Assembly (NCBI RefSeq): GCF_000328665.1
Contig: NC_019977.1
Span: 496,001 to 560,000, forward strand
Source of the DNA: Methanomethylovorans hollandica DSM 15978
Lineage (GTDB): Archaea > Halobacteriota > Methanosarcinia > Methanosarcinales > Methanosarcinaceae
DNA: 64,000 nt
Direction of reading: 5' to 3'
Below are positions 41,145 to 51,967 of the stretch, piece after piece. Within the stretch, counting starts at the first letter, position 1; the number at the start of each line of letters is the position of its first letter. The translations under genes were made by a program, and so were the position numbers. A model generated the notes under the pieces. That model did no database searches, was not told the DNA's origin, and saw only the letters and a list, made by a program, of their open reading frames with translations.

Positions 41145-41497
41145 GGAGAGAGGAAGGGCGGCCTCCGGGTCTATGATCTGAGGAAAGTCTCCCCACCGTC
41201 TGAACACACGAACACCTGTGAAGGGTGTCTGGCGAGAGCCAGGGCTCTGGCACAGAAACGATACCAAGCCATGCCAATGCAATGATACCGTAAGGTTGAG
41301 GTCGTATGGAATGTGGATGGAACGGCGAATCCTCGTGGGTGCAAGTCAGAAGTAGGGATAAGCGGTGTTCAGAACGCCCCCGAAGTTAACGACGCTTAGC
41401 CGAATGCCGCAGCTGCAAATGCCACAGGCTGTCTTTTTAGTGCCATGCACTTAAGGGATCTTTGCAGTAACAGAAGGGAGCTTACTCTCCTCACTCC
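41145..41497 (+). ncRNA. rnpB: RNase P RNA (archaeal)
   Basis: GAGGAAAGTC, ACAGAAACG, GGAACGGC, GTGCAAG, AACAGAAGGGAGCTTA; P1 pairs 41145-41154 with 41488-41497; TTTATAT upstream. Confidence 0.93.
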
Positions 41498-42690
41498 TTT
41501 GCAGTTTTAAACATGCTCTCAACTATTTTAAGCAGTGTTACGGGTGTTCTCAGCACAGACCTTTTTATGTATTCCCTGTAACCATAAACTCCCTTTCCTG
41601 TAAGTACATACATTTTAAAAAGTTCAGGGTCCTTATCGAACAGGTAAAATATCTTCTCTATATGTTCATGGAAAGCATTTCCAAATTTAAAAGCGGTATG
41701 TAAATCGTTATTAAATAGTGAATCACATCTCTTCCTGTAAGAGGAAAGGTCAGTACCAGTATAGATAGCTTCAGCTGCCACTTCACCTGCAGTTACTCCG
41801 CTTGCAACTGCATAATATATGCCCTCACCCAAAAAAGGGTCCACAAAACCTGCAGCATCTCCTACAAGAAGCACTTTTTCCCCATAGGTGTTCCTGTTCA
41901 TACCACCTACAGGTACCCTGTGTATGAACCTGTGATCAATATGTGCAGCGAGGTCTACTCCCTTTTCCTTAGAAAGGAAGGATATGAATTCATCAAAAGC
42001 CTGTGCAGGTTTCATATTACTAGGTTTCCACAGGCCTATGCCCACGGACATTATGTTCCCTTTCGGGAATACCCATCCATATCCCCGGCTTTTAAGGAAA
42101 TATGCCTCTATCAGTTCTTTATCAAGGATACATCTCTCTGCATCTTCCGAACTTAGTGCTATCTCTGTCTCGATGCATATTCCATACCCTTGCGGTTCCC
42201 ATTTTTTTCTCAGACCTGTTTCTCTGGCAACAGTGCTGTTCACACCATCTGCTCCGATCAATATTTTTGCAGCGTGCTCTCCTTTTGTTGTTACAACATG
42301 TACTCGTTCATCTGTTATGTTAACCGAGATTACCTTCTCCCCGGTATTTATGACAGCTCCACTGTTCTGTGCCTGTTTTAATAGAAAATGGTCAAAAGAA
42401 TCGCGGAAAACAAGTATTGATGCCGCTTCTTTAATCTTTTGTGATGACTGCCTCATAGCAGGTGAATGTATGGTAGCCCCGTAACACATATATTGGGGCT
42501 TTACATCATCTATAGGGCCAATGAGCTTTAATGCTTTCCAGGATACTGCACCCCCACAGGCTTTATAGCGTGGTACTTCTTCCTTTTCCAGAAGGAGCAC
42601 TCGCAGCCCCTTCTCAGCACATGTCCGTGCAGCCATTGCACCACCTGGTCCGCCACCGACAACTATGACATCATGATCCATACTTTTCAC
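41491..42690 (-). CDS. Geranylgeranyl reductase-family flavoprotein
   Basis: VGGGPGG, PRYKACGG, GADG, GYGWVFP, GDAAG..DP..GEGI. Confidence 0.9.
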   Translation of the reverse strand: MKSMDHDVIVVGGGPGGAMAARTCAEKGLRVLLLEKEEVPRYKACGGAVSWKALKLIGPIDDVKPQYMCYGATIHSPAMRQSSQKIKEAASILVFRDSFDHFLLKQAQNSGAVINTGEKVISVNITDERVHVVTTKGEHAAKILIGADGVNSTVARETGLRKKWEPQGYGICIETEIALSSEDAERCILDKELIEAYFLKSRGYGWVFPKGNIMSVGIGLWKPSNMKPAQAFDEFISFLSKEKGVDLAAHIDHRFIHRVPVGGMNRNTYGEKVLLVGDAAGFVDPFLGEGIYYAVASGVTAGEVAAEAIYTGTDLSSYRKRCDSLFNNDLHTAFKFGNAFHEHIEKIFYLFDKDPELFKMYVLTGKGVYGYREYIKRSVLRTPVTLLKIVESMFKTAKE

Positions 42691-42936
42691 CTGTTCATTG
42701 CCTGTATGATGTTTTCAGGCATAAAGTTAAATCAAGAGAATCTTTCTAAATATATGTATTTTTCTGCAGGTCACGGATGATATGAAATATGACTTTGTAG
42801 CAATCTTATTTTTGTCCAGTACAAAAAACAATTCTCATTTTCATTGTGTTGAGAATAGTTAGTGTGTTAGCTTGACTCATTGGAACAAAACTATGCTGTC
42901 CAAAGAGTGCTAATAAAAATACACAAGGAAACTTTG

Positions 42937-44409
42937 TTATGTGTTATATATAAACTCCACAAAGCTTCTTGCAAACTCTTCATACGAACTTGCCACAAGA
43001 TGGGCATAGCAGCCCAGTGTGTTCTTTACTGTGAGTCCGTCCCAGCCTTCGATGATGCCTGTGCCCCGGGAGAGTTTGATGGCGAATTTGGCATCTTCGG
43101 GTAGTTCTGTGACTTCTGAGTGATGAAACTCATGGGCCCGAAAGTCGTTTCCGATTTTACCGATGACTGTATCCAGGGTTAGAGATCCGATGTTGTAGCT
43201 GACCACACGTTTATGTCCCATGAGGGTGTGTCCCGGGAGTGCACCCACCATGTCATAGGTGGATTCTGGCATCTCGGCCATGTGGTACGTACCTTTGTCT
43301 TTGACACCAGTCGTGAGCTTCTCAGTAAGGTACATCAGACCACCACATTCTCCGTAAATGGGCATTCCTGCCTCGGATGCTGCTTTCATATCTTCGCGCA
43401 TGGAGATATTTGCCTCAAGCTCCGCAGCGAACAGTTCCGGATAGCCGCCTCCAATATATATCCCATCCACATCCGGCAGGTGTTTGTCATGCACCGGACT
43501 GAAATACTGCAGTTTCGCCCCCGCAAGCTGCAGCAGTTCAAGATTATCATGATAATAGAAGTTGAAAGCCTCATCCAGGGCAATGCCGATTACTGGCTTT
43601 TGTGATATTTCTCTTCGGACAAAGATTGTATCCGAGGGTCTTGAAAGCGGAGCTGTCTGCCGCGCAATGTCCAGCACTTTGTCTATGTCCACACCTTCAA
43701 TGATCACATCACGGATAGTGTTTATCCTGGTATCAAAATCTGCTGACCTGCGGCGCTCTTCTATGGCAGGTACGAGTCCCAGGTGGCGCATAGAGATCAT
43801 CATCTCATTGTTACGGTGAATGATGCCTATCACCGGTACGCCGGTGTAGTGCTCGATGGCTTCCTTTGCCTTCATGGCATGCCTCTGGCCACCAATATTA
43901 TTCAGTATCACACCTGCAATGTTCACCTGCGGATCAAAGGCCTTGAAACCGGAAACAATAGCTGCAGCCGAACGGGTAATACTGCGGGCGTTCAGGACAA
44001 GGATGACCGCACAGTTGAGGATCTTTGCAATCTGTGCAGTGCTGCCAATGTCACTGTAGCTCTCCAGACCCTCATACAGCCCTCGCACACCCTCTATAAT
44101 GGCAATATCAGCCTCTCCATCCACTTCATATCCGTGCAGGAACACATCAAGTACTCTTTCCTCGTCCATGAGGTAACCATCGATGTTTCGCGCCCGGCGT
44201 CCGGTGATATCTGAATAATAACTGGGATCGATATAATCCAGGCCCACCTTGAACGGCTGTACCTTATAACCGGCCTTTGACAGAGCAGCCAGGAGGCCAA
44301 TGGTTACAGTGGTCTTACCGGAAGACGAACTTCCGGCAGAGATAAGCACTCTGGGAATATGCTTCCCCTCGCCTGATGCTGCAGGTTTTATGTGGGTGGA
44401 GGTGTTCAT
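42937..44409 (-). CDS. cfbB: Ni-sirohydrochlorin a,c-diamide synthase
   Basis: CbiA-like FKVGLDYIDP, RHLGL, GGYPE, ECGG, HEFH; cfb context. Confidence 0.93.
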   Translation of the reverse strand: MNTSTHIKPAASGEGKHIPRVLISAGSSSSGKTTVTIGLLAALSKAGYKVQPFKVGLDYIDPSYYSDITGRRARNIDGYLMDEERVLDVFLHGYEVDGEADIAIIEGVRGLYEGLESYSDIGSTAQIAKILNCAVILVLNARSITRSAAAIVSGFKAFDPQVNIAGVILNNIGGQRHAMKAKEAIEHYTGVPVIGIIHRNNEMMISMRHLGLVPAIEERRRSADFDTRINTIRDVIIEGVDIDKVLDIARQTAPLSRPSDTIFVRREISQKPVIGIALDEAFNFYYHDNLELLQLAGAKLQYFSPVHDKHLPDVDGIYIGGGYPELFAAELEANISMREDMKAASEAGMPIYGECGGLMYLTEKLTTGVKDKGTYHMAEMPESTYDMVGALPGHTLMGHKRVVSYNIGSLTLDTVIGKIGNDFRAHEFHHSEVTELPEDAKFAIKLSRGTGIIEGWDGLTVKNTLGCYAHLVASSYEEFARSFVEFIYNT

Positions 44410-44414
44410 ACTGA

Positions 44415-45209
44415 TCAGCGTGTAAGTTCCCTTAATCTTTCATCTTCAAGTGACTTTGGCAGCGAAGAGTCTGCATTAGACATGATCGTCCTGGCAAGAT
44501 CGCGATATACTTGTGCGATATCAGATACAGGAGCTTTTTCAAGCACAGAGAAGCCATCCCTTTCACAGTCCTGTACGATCTGTTCCTTGGGAATGAAGGC
44601 TACGAGCTTGCTGCCTATCTCCTCAGCGAACCTGCTCACGATCTCTTCTTCTCTTGTAACGCTGCGGGAGTTGCAGATAACACCGCTAAGGCGCGTATCG
44701 ATCTTGCTGAGCCCCTTGCAGATATTGTTTGCAGCATACAGGGGCATGTATTCTCCTGATGTCAGTACGTAGGCATCGTTCACAAGCCCTTTCTTAATAG
44801 GGGCTACAAAGCCACCACATACGATATCTCCGGGCACGTCATAGATTATAAGGTCCATATCATCCATTTCCTTGCACATGTCCCGCAGTGTCTTGATGGC
44901 CACTATGATGCCACGTCCGGCACATCCTATGCCAGGCTCAGGACCACCGACCTCTACACATCTGACATTTCTGTACCCGTGGAAGACTATGTCCTCTTCC
45001 TTTACTTTTACTCCCTGCCTTAGCAGATCCAGGATGGTGGGTATCCTCCTGCCGCCCAGGAGAGTGATGGATGAATCGCTCTTGGGGTCACATCCGATGA
45101 TCATTACTTTGTATCCTTCCTCAGCGCATGCAGCAGCTACATTTGATGCAGTGCTTGATTTGCCTATGCCTCCCTTGCCATAAATGGCTATACGTTTCTG
45201 TTTTTTCAT
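44415..45209 (-). CDS. cfbC: Reductive cyclase Fe-protein subunit (NifH-like)
   Basis: [29 protein letters not shown]. Confidence 0.95.
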   Translation of the reverse strand: MKKQKRIAIYGKGGIGKSSTASNVAAACAEEGYKVMIIGCDPKSDSSITLLGGRRIPTILDLLRQGVKVKEEDIVFHGYRNVRCVEVGGPEPGIGCAGRGIIVAIKTLRDMCKEMDDMDLIIYDVPGDIVCGGFVAPIKKGLVNDAYVLTSGEYMPLYAANNICKGLSKIDTRLSGVICNSRSVTREEEIVSRFAEEIGSKLVAFIPKEQIVQDCERDGFSVLEKAPVSDIAQVYRDLARTIMSNADSSLPKSLEDERLRELTR

Positions 45210-45219
45210 GTATCTTACC

Positions 45220-46347
45220 TCAGACAAAACTTTCGTGCATTTCTTTTACCATTTCCCGCAATGTGGCACCCATTTCTGACTCCACTATATGCTTTACTCC
45301 CAGTGTCTTTGGATGGAGGTCTATCTCCACTACAACATGTCTGTGACCCATTTCCTTCAGAGGCAGCACCTGACGGGGACCATTTGTAACCGAAATGATC
45401 TCCATGTTGCTGATGTGGTCCATGGGTATAGCATGAGGAACACCGGTGATCACAGCAAAATCATAGTTTGCATATTTTTTAGCTATGAGTTCATCTACCA
45501 CATTGCCTGCAATGGGGTATTCGTCAAGGCCTCCTGTGATCTCATGCACTTGCACTCCTCTTTCCTTCAGATCATGCATAATATTACGGGCGTGGTCCCT
45601 GACCCTGGGCAGACCGAGTGACTCATCCAGGTTTGCCATGTTCACCACATTTGCAGCTACTCCCAGCTGGGATGCAACTTCATGTACGGCGACATTGATA
45701 TCAGCGAACATATAGCCGGTTTCCTTCTTTGCGTTCATGATCACAAGGCCTTTCTTACCTTCCTTGAGCAGCTCTATGATACGCTGTGCCACCTTGTACT
45801 TCAGATCCCCTCTTGAAGGGGCCAGGTATTCCTTGCTGGCGGCACCGTGGCGTTTTTCAACTTCCGTTGCCTCTTCCATGAGTACTTTCTGGCGCTCGAA
45901 TTCTTCCCTATCGATTACACCTATTTCCAGTGCTGATTCAAGTGTGATCAATACTCCTTTGGTATTATTTGCATATCCTGCATGCACTTCCACTTCTATA
46001 ACAGGTACTTCCAGATCTGCATCCATCACCGGTTCATGCAGTTCTTCTCCAATGATCATGCTGGCACATGTTCCAACTACGCCTATCAATTTAGGGTGGA
46101 ACATCTCATTGACCTTTTGCAGCACAGAGGAAAGCTCCCGGCGTCCCCCAAAAACAAAACCATTCTCGTCCAGGGCAGTGGTAACTACATGTATCCCGTC
46201 TTCTTCCAGAAGTCTTGCATGCTTAAAAGAGCATCCGGGAGGGCCATGCAATATGGCAACATCAACATTCAGGTCTCTCAGGGTGTACAATGCGGCAACT
46301 ATAGAACTCGGTCTGGGATGTATTATAGATATGTCATTCGCAGCCAT
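45220..46347 (-). CDS. cfbD: Reductive cyclase catalytic subunit (NifD-like)
   Basis: [37 protein letters not shown]. Confidence 0.95.
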   Translation of the reverse strand: MAANDISIIHPRPSSIVAALYTLRDLNVDVAILHGPPGCSFKHARLLEEDGIHVVTTALDENGFVFGGRRELSSVLQKVNEMFHPKLIGVVGTCASMIIGEELHEPVMDADLEVPVIEVEVHAGYANNTKGVLITLESALEIGVIDREEFERQKVLMEEATEVEKRHGAASKEYLAPSRGDLKYKVAQRIIELLKEGKKGLVIMNAKKETGYMFADINVAVHEVASQLGVAANVVNMANLDESLGLPRVRDHARNIMHDLKERGVQVHEITGGLDEYPIAGNVVDELIAKKYANYDFAVITGVPHAIPMDHISNMEIISVTNGPRQVLPLKEMGHRHVVVEIDLHPKTLGVKHIVESEMGATLREMVKEMHESFV

Positions 46348-46487
46348 GCTATTCTCCATGATGTCATATTATAGTTATGATATTTACTTCAAGAAGTATG
46401 ATTTTTTACACTTAACCAAATGCCGCTTTGCACATACTACAGCCTTCTGATATAAAAGGGCTATTTTATGTATCAAGCCCCATCTTT

Positions 46488-47909
46488 TCAGCGGAAGCAC
46501 TTCACACACAGAGCAATAATAACTTTATCATCACTCTTTTTCCGGGCAAATTCCATTGCGCGTGTTTTTCCCATATCAAAGCTTTCAGCATAGTAGATAT
46601 TTCCAGTTGCCAGGGGCTTCATTCTTTCACCCACCAGTATCAGTTCATCCATGTCCTGCAGTCTGCTCCTGAGCATATCGGCAACATCCTCCGGTGGCAG
46701 TCCTTCGCATACCTGCGCAGCTTCTTCGCCAAGTACCATAATCACTTTCTGATTTCTTTTCAGGCACAAGCTCAGAGCTTTCTCTACTGAAAAGATGTCC
46801 ATTCCAGAGTTGGAGTTGTCCAGAATGGTTATGTCCTCTTGTATAATTTCCTGCATCCTGCCCTGCAAACCCCTGAAATTTTGTATTACTTCTTTCACAG
46901 TTTTCCATGGAATGTCTATCTCCTGGGCAGTGGCACACGATGCAGCAAAAGCTGTCCTGTATGACCATGCATCATATCCGGTATCAAGGCGGATCTTAAT
47001 TTCTTCTCCTGCGCATGCAATAGATAAACTGTTCTCGTGCATGCTTATCCTGTAGTCAGCATCCGAATTCAGGCCTTCACTTTTATCCGGGGTACTGAAA
47101 GTCCTTATGTGCTTCGACATAAGTGCTGGTTTGAGCTGCTGCGATATTCCCTTATAGTTATCATTCAGCACAAGGGGCACATCTTCGGGGTAACTCATGA
47201 GTGACTTTACCTTTGCTTCACTTGCCATGGATGTTTTGCCTGCGATCATATAATCCATGTCAAGGGTCGTGATTATACCAACACTTCCACATCCTGTGAC
47301 TCCAAGGGATATCTCGAATATGTATGCTTCTATCTCCTTGTTTAGTGATCCTGCAATGTCCATTGCCTGCAAAATACTCCCCGGAGCAATGCTTAGTCCT
47401 TTATGTAGCAATCGGCATACACCATCTTCCCACATCTCCAGTCCTCTGGAAGTGTGTAGCAAAACAGTAAGCTTCCTTGAGATCATGTCAGCAAGCAGGG
47501 AAGCAGTACTGGTCTTTGCCTTGGTGCCTGTGACCTCTATCATAAGCGTATGGTCACCAGTATCTTTAATATTCAGGATCTCTCCAACAGCTCTGTGATG
47601 AGATATTACGGGAATATGCTTCTCTTCTGCCTGCTGAAGCATAATATGATCGGGATAAAGGTGAACAGGGCTTATTATAAGGTCCAGATCCTCAACAGAG
47701 CAGTTCTTTTCTGACACCCGTATACCATCCATCTCCATAGAATTACATTGTTCGGGGGAGATCGTTCCATAAACATCTACCCCTGTTACATTGAAACCCA
47801 GCTCTTTGAGCCTATGTGCAATGATAATGCCGCCATGTGTCATATCGAGGACAGCTACACTCTTTACGGAGGGGTCAGAAAGGTAACGGTGCATAACCGG
47901 AAAAAGCAC
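46488..47909 (-). CDS. cfbE: Coenzyme F430 synthase (Mur ligase-like)
   Basis: LDMTHGG, EVTGTKAKTST, E.SLG..G, DNSNSG, VCEG, CVKCFR. Confidence 0.93.
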   Translation of the reverse strand: MLFPVMHRYLSDPSVKSVAVLDMTHGGIIIAHRLKELGFNVTGVDVYGTISPEQCNSMEMDGIRVSEKNCSVEDLDLIISPVHLYPDHIMLQQAEEKHIPVISHHRAVGEILNIKDTGDHTLMIEVTGTKAKTSTASLLADMISRKLTVLLHTSRGLEMWEDGVCRLLHKGLSIAPGSILQAMDIAGSLNKEIEAYIFEISLGVTGCGSVGIITTLDMDYMIAGKTSMASEAKVKSLMSYPEDVPLVLNDNYKGISQQLKPALMSKHIRTFSTPDKSEGLNSDADYRISMHENSLSIACAGEEIKIRLDTGYDAWSYRTAFAASCATAQEIDIPWKTVKEVIQNFRGLQGRMQEIIQEDITILDNSNSGMDIFSVEKALSLCLKRNQKVIMVLGEEAAQVCEGLPPEDVADMLRSRLQDMDELILVGERMKPLATGNIYYAESFDMGKTRAMEFARKKSDDKVIIALCVKCFR

Positions 47910-48009
47910 TTAACCCTAGATAAGTGCAACGATGGCTAAGAGCACGGAAAGAAAAAGATCGGGAGGTCAGGAACAGCCCGCAACAAATTTAAAATGTATA
48001 TGTGATATA

Positions 48010-48636
48010 TCAGCTTTCGTCGTCAGCTTCATCATTCTTGTAACTGTCACTTCCCACCTTTGCAGCAGCAATGGAATCGATTCCGTCCATCCACTCAGCT
48101 ACAATTCCGTATGGGATATCTTCCATTATGTCTTCCGGCAGTTTACGTCCATTGATGATCAATGCACCTATCTCTGCCACCTTATCCAGTGATATCTCTA
48201 TACTGTCTGATGCCTCTGCTTCCAATGCCTGTTTCAGCAGAGTGGGTATTCTTGCTTTCTTGTTATAGTCCTGTCCGATGTAGCATTCAAAGGCAGCAAA
48301 GGTTCCGATAAATGAGGTCTGCATTGAAGATATCATCATGTCAATATCATCGGATATATGTTCTATTTCTGCAAGAGTGATATCCTTTATCTGAGAGATC
48401 AGGTGGAATGCAGATTCCGTGGAAATGAGTTTCTTCTCGAATTTAGCTACCACTTTCAGGCATGCAAGGATGATGTCATCCTCCATATTTATGAACACTG
48501 CACTGTCCTTATCCTGCGGTTCATCAGATTCCGTGAACTCAAAACCGCTTTCCTTCACCTGGTTTATCCAGTTGTTCCACCGTTCCCTGGTATAAAAGTC
48601 ATGGGAAAGGATCTCTGTTTCCGTATCAGACATCAA
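48010..48636 (-). CDS. DUF2150-family protein
   Basis: FYT.ERW.NW, DD.ILAC, EW.DG.DSI. Confidence 0.8.
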   Translation of the reverse strand: MMSDTETEILSHDFYTRERWNNWINQVKESGFEFTESDEPQDKDSAVFINMEDDIILACLKVVAKFEKKLISTESAFHLISQIKDITLAEIEHISDDIDMMISSMQTSFIGTFAAFECYIGQDYNKKARIPTLLKQALEAEASDSIEISLDKVAEIGALIINGRKLPEDIMEDIPYGIVAEWMDGIDSIAAAKVGSDSYKNDEADDES

Positions 48637-48717
48637 ACACCTCTTTTTAGGTTACGCTATGTTCTTAGCATTCTGCTAGTAGTATAAAAGACATTCGGAT
48701 TGATGCCACTTTGATTC

Positions 48718-49179
48718 TCATAACTGTAATTCTACCTTCTTCAGGGGAGAACCACATATCTCTCTATCCTCAATGTTATCCAGAATCTCAATTATAGTAC
48801 ACTTGTCTCCGGTGCGCAGCCCTTCAGGGAAGAACAGATCGTACATATCATCCGGGACATCTCTACATTTTGGAGGCTCATAGCTGATCTTAGCTCCTTT
48901 GATGGCCTTCCTTGAATCCAGAATTGCCACTACCGGAGATCTCACTACTTCCACTGCAATAACTCCTCCGTCATGAAGGAAACATTCATGTACTGAAGGG
49001 GTCTTTATTCTCAAAACTTTATATTTGCGCCCCTTTTCAAGGTTTAAGCATGTGCTCTTAAGCTTACATTTATTGCACTCATTAGACTCCCCTTCAAATA
49101 TGAATTCCATGCCTTCTTTAGCAAGCCTGGATCCAATAAGGGTTATTGTAGTATCTACCTCAACCATATCATCACACAC
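48718..49179 (-). CDS. UPF0179-family protein
   Basis: ITLIG..LAK.G.EF, C..C....C, EC..H.GGV. Confidence 0.85.
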   Translation of the reverse strand: MCDDMVEVDTTITLIGSRLAKEGMEFIFEGESNECNKCKLKSTCLNLEKGRKYKVLRIKTPSVHECFLHDGGVIAVEVVRSPVVAILDSRKAIKGAKISYEPPKCRDVPDDMYDLFFPEGLRTGDKCTIIEILDNIEDREICGSPLKKVELQL

Positions 49180-49190
49180 CTGGATCTGAA

Positions 49191-50258
49191 TTATTCTATT
49201 ACTTTAGTGATCTTTGCCACTCTCTCTGCCGCTTCAGGGGTAAGGCCTGAACCGAGTATCGTGTACCTTTCCGGACGAATTGTATGTGCTAGAAGCAGAG
49301 CCTCCAATATATATTTATCTTCAATGCCCAGCTCTGCAGCAGTAGTGGGAGCATGCAGTTTTTTCAGTCCGTTCCTGATGCGTTCCCAGTCGCCTCCGTG
49401 CAGGTACATCATCATAATAGTTCCCACACCACATTGTTCCCCATGCAGCGCAGGTTTTGGTGCCACCATATCAAGAGCATGGCTGAACATGTGCTCAGAC
49501 CCTGATGCAGGCCTTGAAGAAGCTGCAATGCTCATGGCAACGCCGCTTGATACAAGTGCCTTTACCACTATCCGTACTGAGCTCTCAAGCTCCGGTTTTA
49601 TAGAATCGACTGAGTCAAGCACTATTTTTGCGGTCATACGGGAAAGAGCCGCAGCATATTCGCTGAATGGCTCGTTCCTTAGTCTGTAAGCCAGTTCCCA
49701 GTCGCTTACTGCAGTATAATTTGATATAATGTCTGCACAGCCGGCTGCCAGAAGCCTGTATGGGGCATTTGCTATGACCTCCGTATCTGCAATTACTGCC
49801 ATGGGTGCATTTGCTTCTACGGAAGTTACTCTTTTTCCATCATGTATGGACGCTCTCGAAGAAACAATGCCGTCATGCGAAGCTGCCGTCGGGACACTGA
49901 TGAATGGAAGATCCAGTTCGGTGGCTGCCAGTTTAGCCACGTCTATGGATTTGCCGCTGCCAACACCCAGCAGGTAATTGGAATTATTATAAAGGGCAAC
50001 TTCTTCAACCCGTCTAACTCCCTCTGCCGTAGCTGATTCAACAGTTATCACGCTCGGATCGACACCCGCATCTGCAAGGATGTCATATACTATATCTCCG
50101 GCTATGTTCTTTGTATGTGTTCCTGTTACTATCAGGGGATTGTTGCCCAGCTTAAGGTCATCACAGACATTTTTTACTTCTCTGATGACTCCATGTCCTA
50201 TTACTATATCTCTGGGTAATTGCATCCATTTGGAGTTCTCTTCTCTGGGTGGGATCAC
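49191..50258 (-). CDS. egsA: Glycerol-1-phosphate dehydrogenase
   Basis: [30 protein letters not shown]. Confidence 0.95.
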   Translation of the reverse strand: MIPPREENSKWMQLPRDIVIGHGVIREVKNVCDDLKLGNNPLIVTGTHTKNIAGDIVYDILADAGVDPSVITVESATAEGVRRVEEVALYNNSNYLLGVGSGKSIDVAKLAATELDLPFISVPTAASHDGIVSSRASIHDGKRVTSVEANAPMAVIADTEVIANAPYRLLAAGCADIISNYTAVSDWELAYRLRNEPFSEYAAALSRMTAKIVLDSVDSIKPELESSVRIVVKALVSSGVAMSIAASSRPASGSEHMFSHALDMVAPKPALHGEQCGVGTIMMMYLHGGDWERIRNGLKKLHAPTTAAELGIEDKYILEALLLAHTIRPERYTILGSGLTPEAAERVAKITKVIE

Positions 50259-50431
50259 TTGAATACCTGCGATAATTTTGTAAGGTAGTTTTTTTGAGTT
50301 ATTGAATTATATATTGGATATAGTGGGAATGTTCCTGATGACAGAAGTTATTAAACATTAATTCTATTTAGGATATTCCTGTAGTATAGCATAAGGATAT
50401 TCCTGCAGATCGCATAAACATTTGAGGTTCA

Positions 50432-51283
50432 ATGAATTCGTATATAGATAAGGTTTCAGGATTTATAAACACATATTATATAGACCCTATCCTGCACGAT
50501 GAAGGATATAATATAATTAACACTCTTACATGGGCCATCATACTTGGACTATGTATATTTGCAGTTGTCAAACTGCTTAAAAAACTGGACATACGGACAG
50601 ACAGCAGGTTCATAGCTGCAATAGTACCTTTTGTACTTGCCGGGTCTTCCATGCGGGTCCTTGAAGACGCTGGAGCCATACAACAACCTTTCAACTTGCT
50701 TCTTATAACTCCGATCATATACTTTGTTGTCTTCCTTATTACACTGTTATGTCTCATAGTAGCTAAAATGCTCAGCAAAAAATGGACCGGGAATAGTACG
50801 GAAACAATTTTCGCTTCCCTGGGCACTCTATGGTTCGTGTTTAACATATTTTTGCTCCTTAGCATACAAAAGGTCGCTCTTCCCATGGTACTGATCTATA
50901 TCCTCGGCTTGGGAATACTGGTCACATCTATTGTCTATATTACAGCAAAAAAGACAGGTTTTGAAATACTTACGGACCGATTGAACATATCCATACTTGG
51001 AGCTCACATGCTGGATGCTTCCTCCACATTCATAGGGGTGGATATGCTTGGTTACTATGAAAAGCATGTACTTCCTTCTTATCTTATTGATCTGACGGGA
51101 ACAGCATTGGTGATGTATCCTCTGAAGCTGGCCATATTTATTCCAGTGTTGTATATATTAGATACTAATTTCAATGAAGATGAGGAGTCCCGCAATCTTC
51201 GGACCTTTGTGAAACTGGTGATACTTGTACTCGGTCTTTCTCCTGCATGCAGGAACACTATACGCATGGTTTTTGGGATATGA
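50432..51283 (+). CDS. DUF63-family membrane protein
   Basis: YN..NT..WA, RVLEDA, H.LDA.ST, Y.EKH, LGL.P. Confidence 0.85.
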   Translation: MNSYIDKVSGFINTYYIDPILHDEGYNIINTLTWAIILGLCIFAVVKLLKKLDIRTDSRFIAAIVPFVLAGSSMRVLEDAGAIQQPFNLLLITPIIYFVVFLITLLCLIVAKMLSKKWTGNSTETIFASLGTLWFVFNIFLLLSIQKVALPMVLIYILGLGILVTSIVYITAKKTGFEILTDRLNISILGAHMLDASSTFIGVDMLGYYEKHVLPSYLIDLTGTALVMYPLKLAIFIPVLYILDTNFNEDEESRNLRTFVKLVILVLGLSPACRNTIRMVFGI

Positions 51284-51888
51284 TGAACATGTATGATATC
51301 AATAGCAAAGAGCAGGCGCTACAATACATAAAGAACATTCGCAGAGAAATAGGATACATGTTCCTATTGTTCGTGATATCGGCAGTTGTAGGATATTTGA
51401 CTGCCATTATGTACCCCTATATGGTCTTAAACTCTTTGGAAGAGCTTGAAGGACTGGTGGAGTTATTAAAAGACCTTTCTTTGCTGCAAATAATGTTCCT
51501 TATCTTCTTTAACAATGCCCTTAAGAGCTTGCTCATATTGGTACTTGGAATTGGACTTGGTATAGTGCCATTCTTTTTCATTGCTTATAATGGCTATTTT
51601 CTGGGTATTTTCAGCCACAAGATCCTGATGGAACAAGGTTTTCTTTATTTAACGGCTGGTCTTTTGCCTCATGGTATCATTGAGATACCTATGGTAGTGG
51701 TCTCTGCAGCCATAGGTCTGAGGCTGGGGATAAAAGGACTTGCTTCTCTTAAGGGAGACTCAGTTCATTTAAAGGAAGAAATGCTCACAGGTATCAAGTT
51801 CTTCTTCTTGTGGATAATGCCATTGCTTTTCATAGCAGCTGCAGTGGAAACCTTTATCACTTCAGTTATTATCGGCCTGCTGAGCTAG
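51280..51888 (+). CDS. SpoIIM-family membrane protein
   Basis: IFFNN, NG, PHGIIE, AAAVETF. Confidence 0.88.
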   Translation: MMNMYDINSKEQALQYIKNIRREIGYMFLLFVISAVVGYLTAIMYPYMVLNSLEELEGLVELLKDLSLLQIMFLIFFNNALKSLLILVLGIGLGIVPFFFIAYNGYFLGIFSHKILMEQGFLYLTAGLLPHGIIEIPMVVVSAAIGLRLGIKGLASLKGDSVHLKEEMLTGIKFFFLWIMPLLFIAAAVETFITSVIIGLLS

Positions 51889-51967
51889 TCCCGAGGAACA
51901 ATTGAAAGAACATGACACAAAACCTATATAGTTCATTGATATGTGTGAAGACAAGAGAGGGTATAAG

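Noticed and set aside
46396..46423. NikR-like site upstream of cfbD (GTATGA-N16-AAATGC)
   Set aside because: Second half-site is too degenerate
2568..51888. Pyrrolysine read-through of TAG stops (2568, 9546, 25243, 38506, 51888)
   Set aside because: The proteins appear complete at the TAG and no recognisable in-frame continuation was seen
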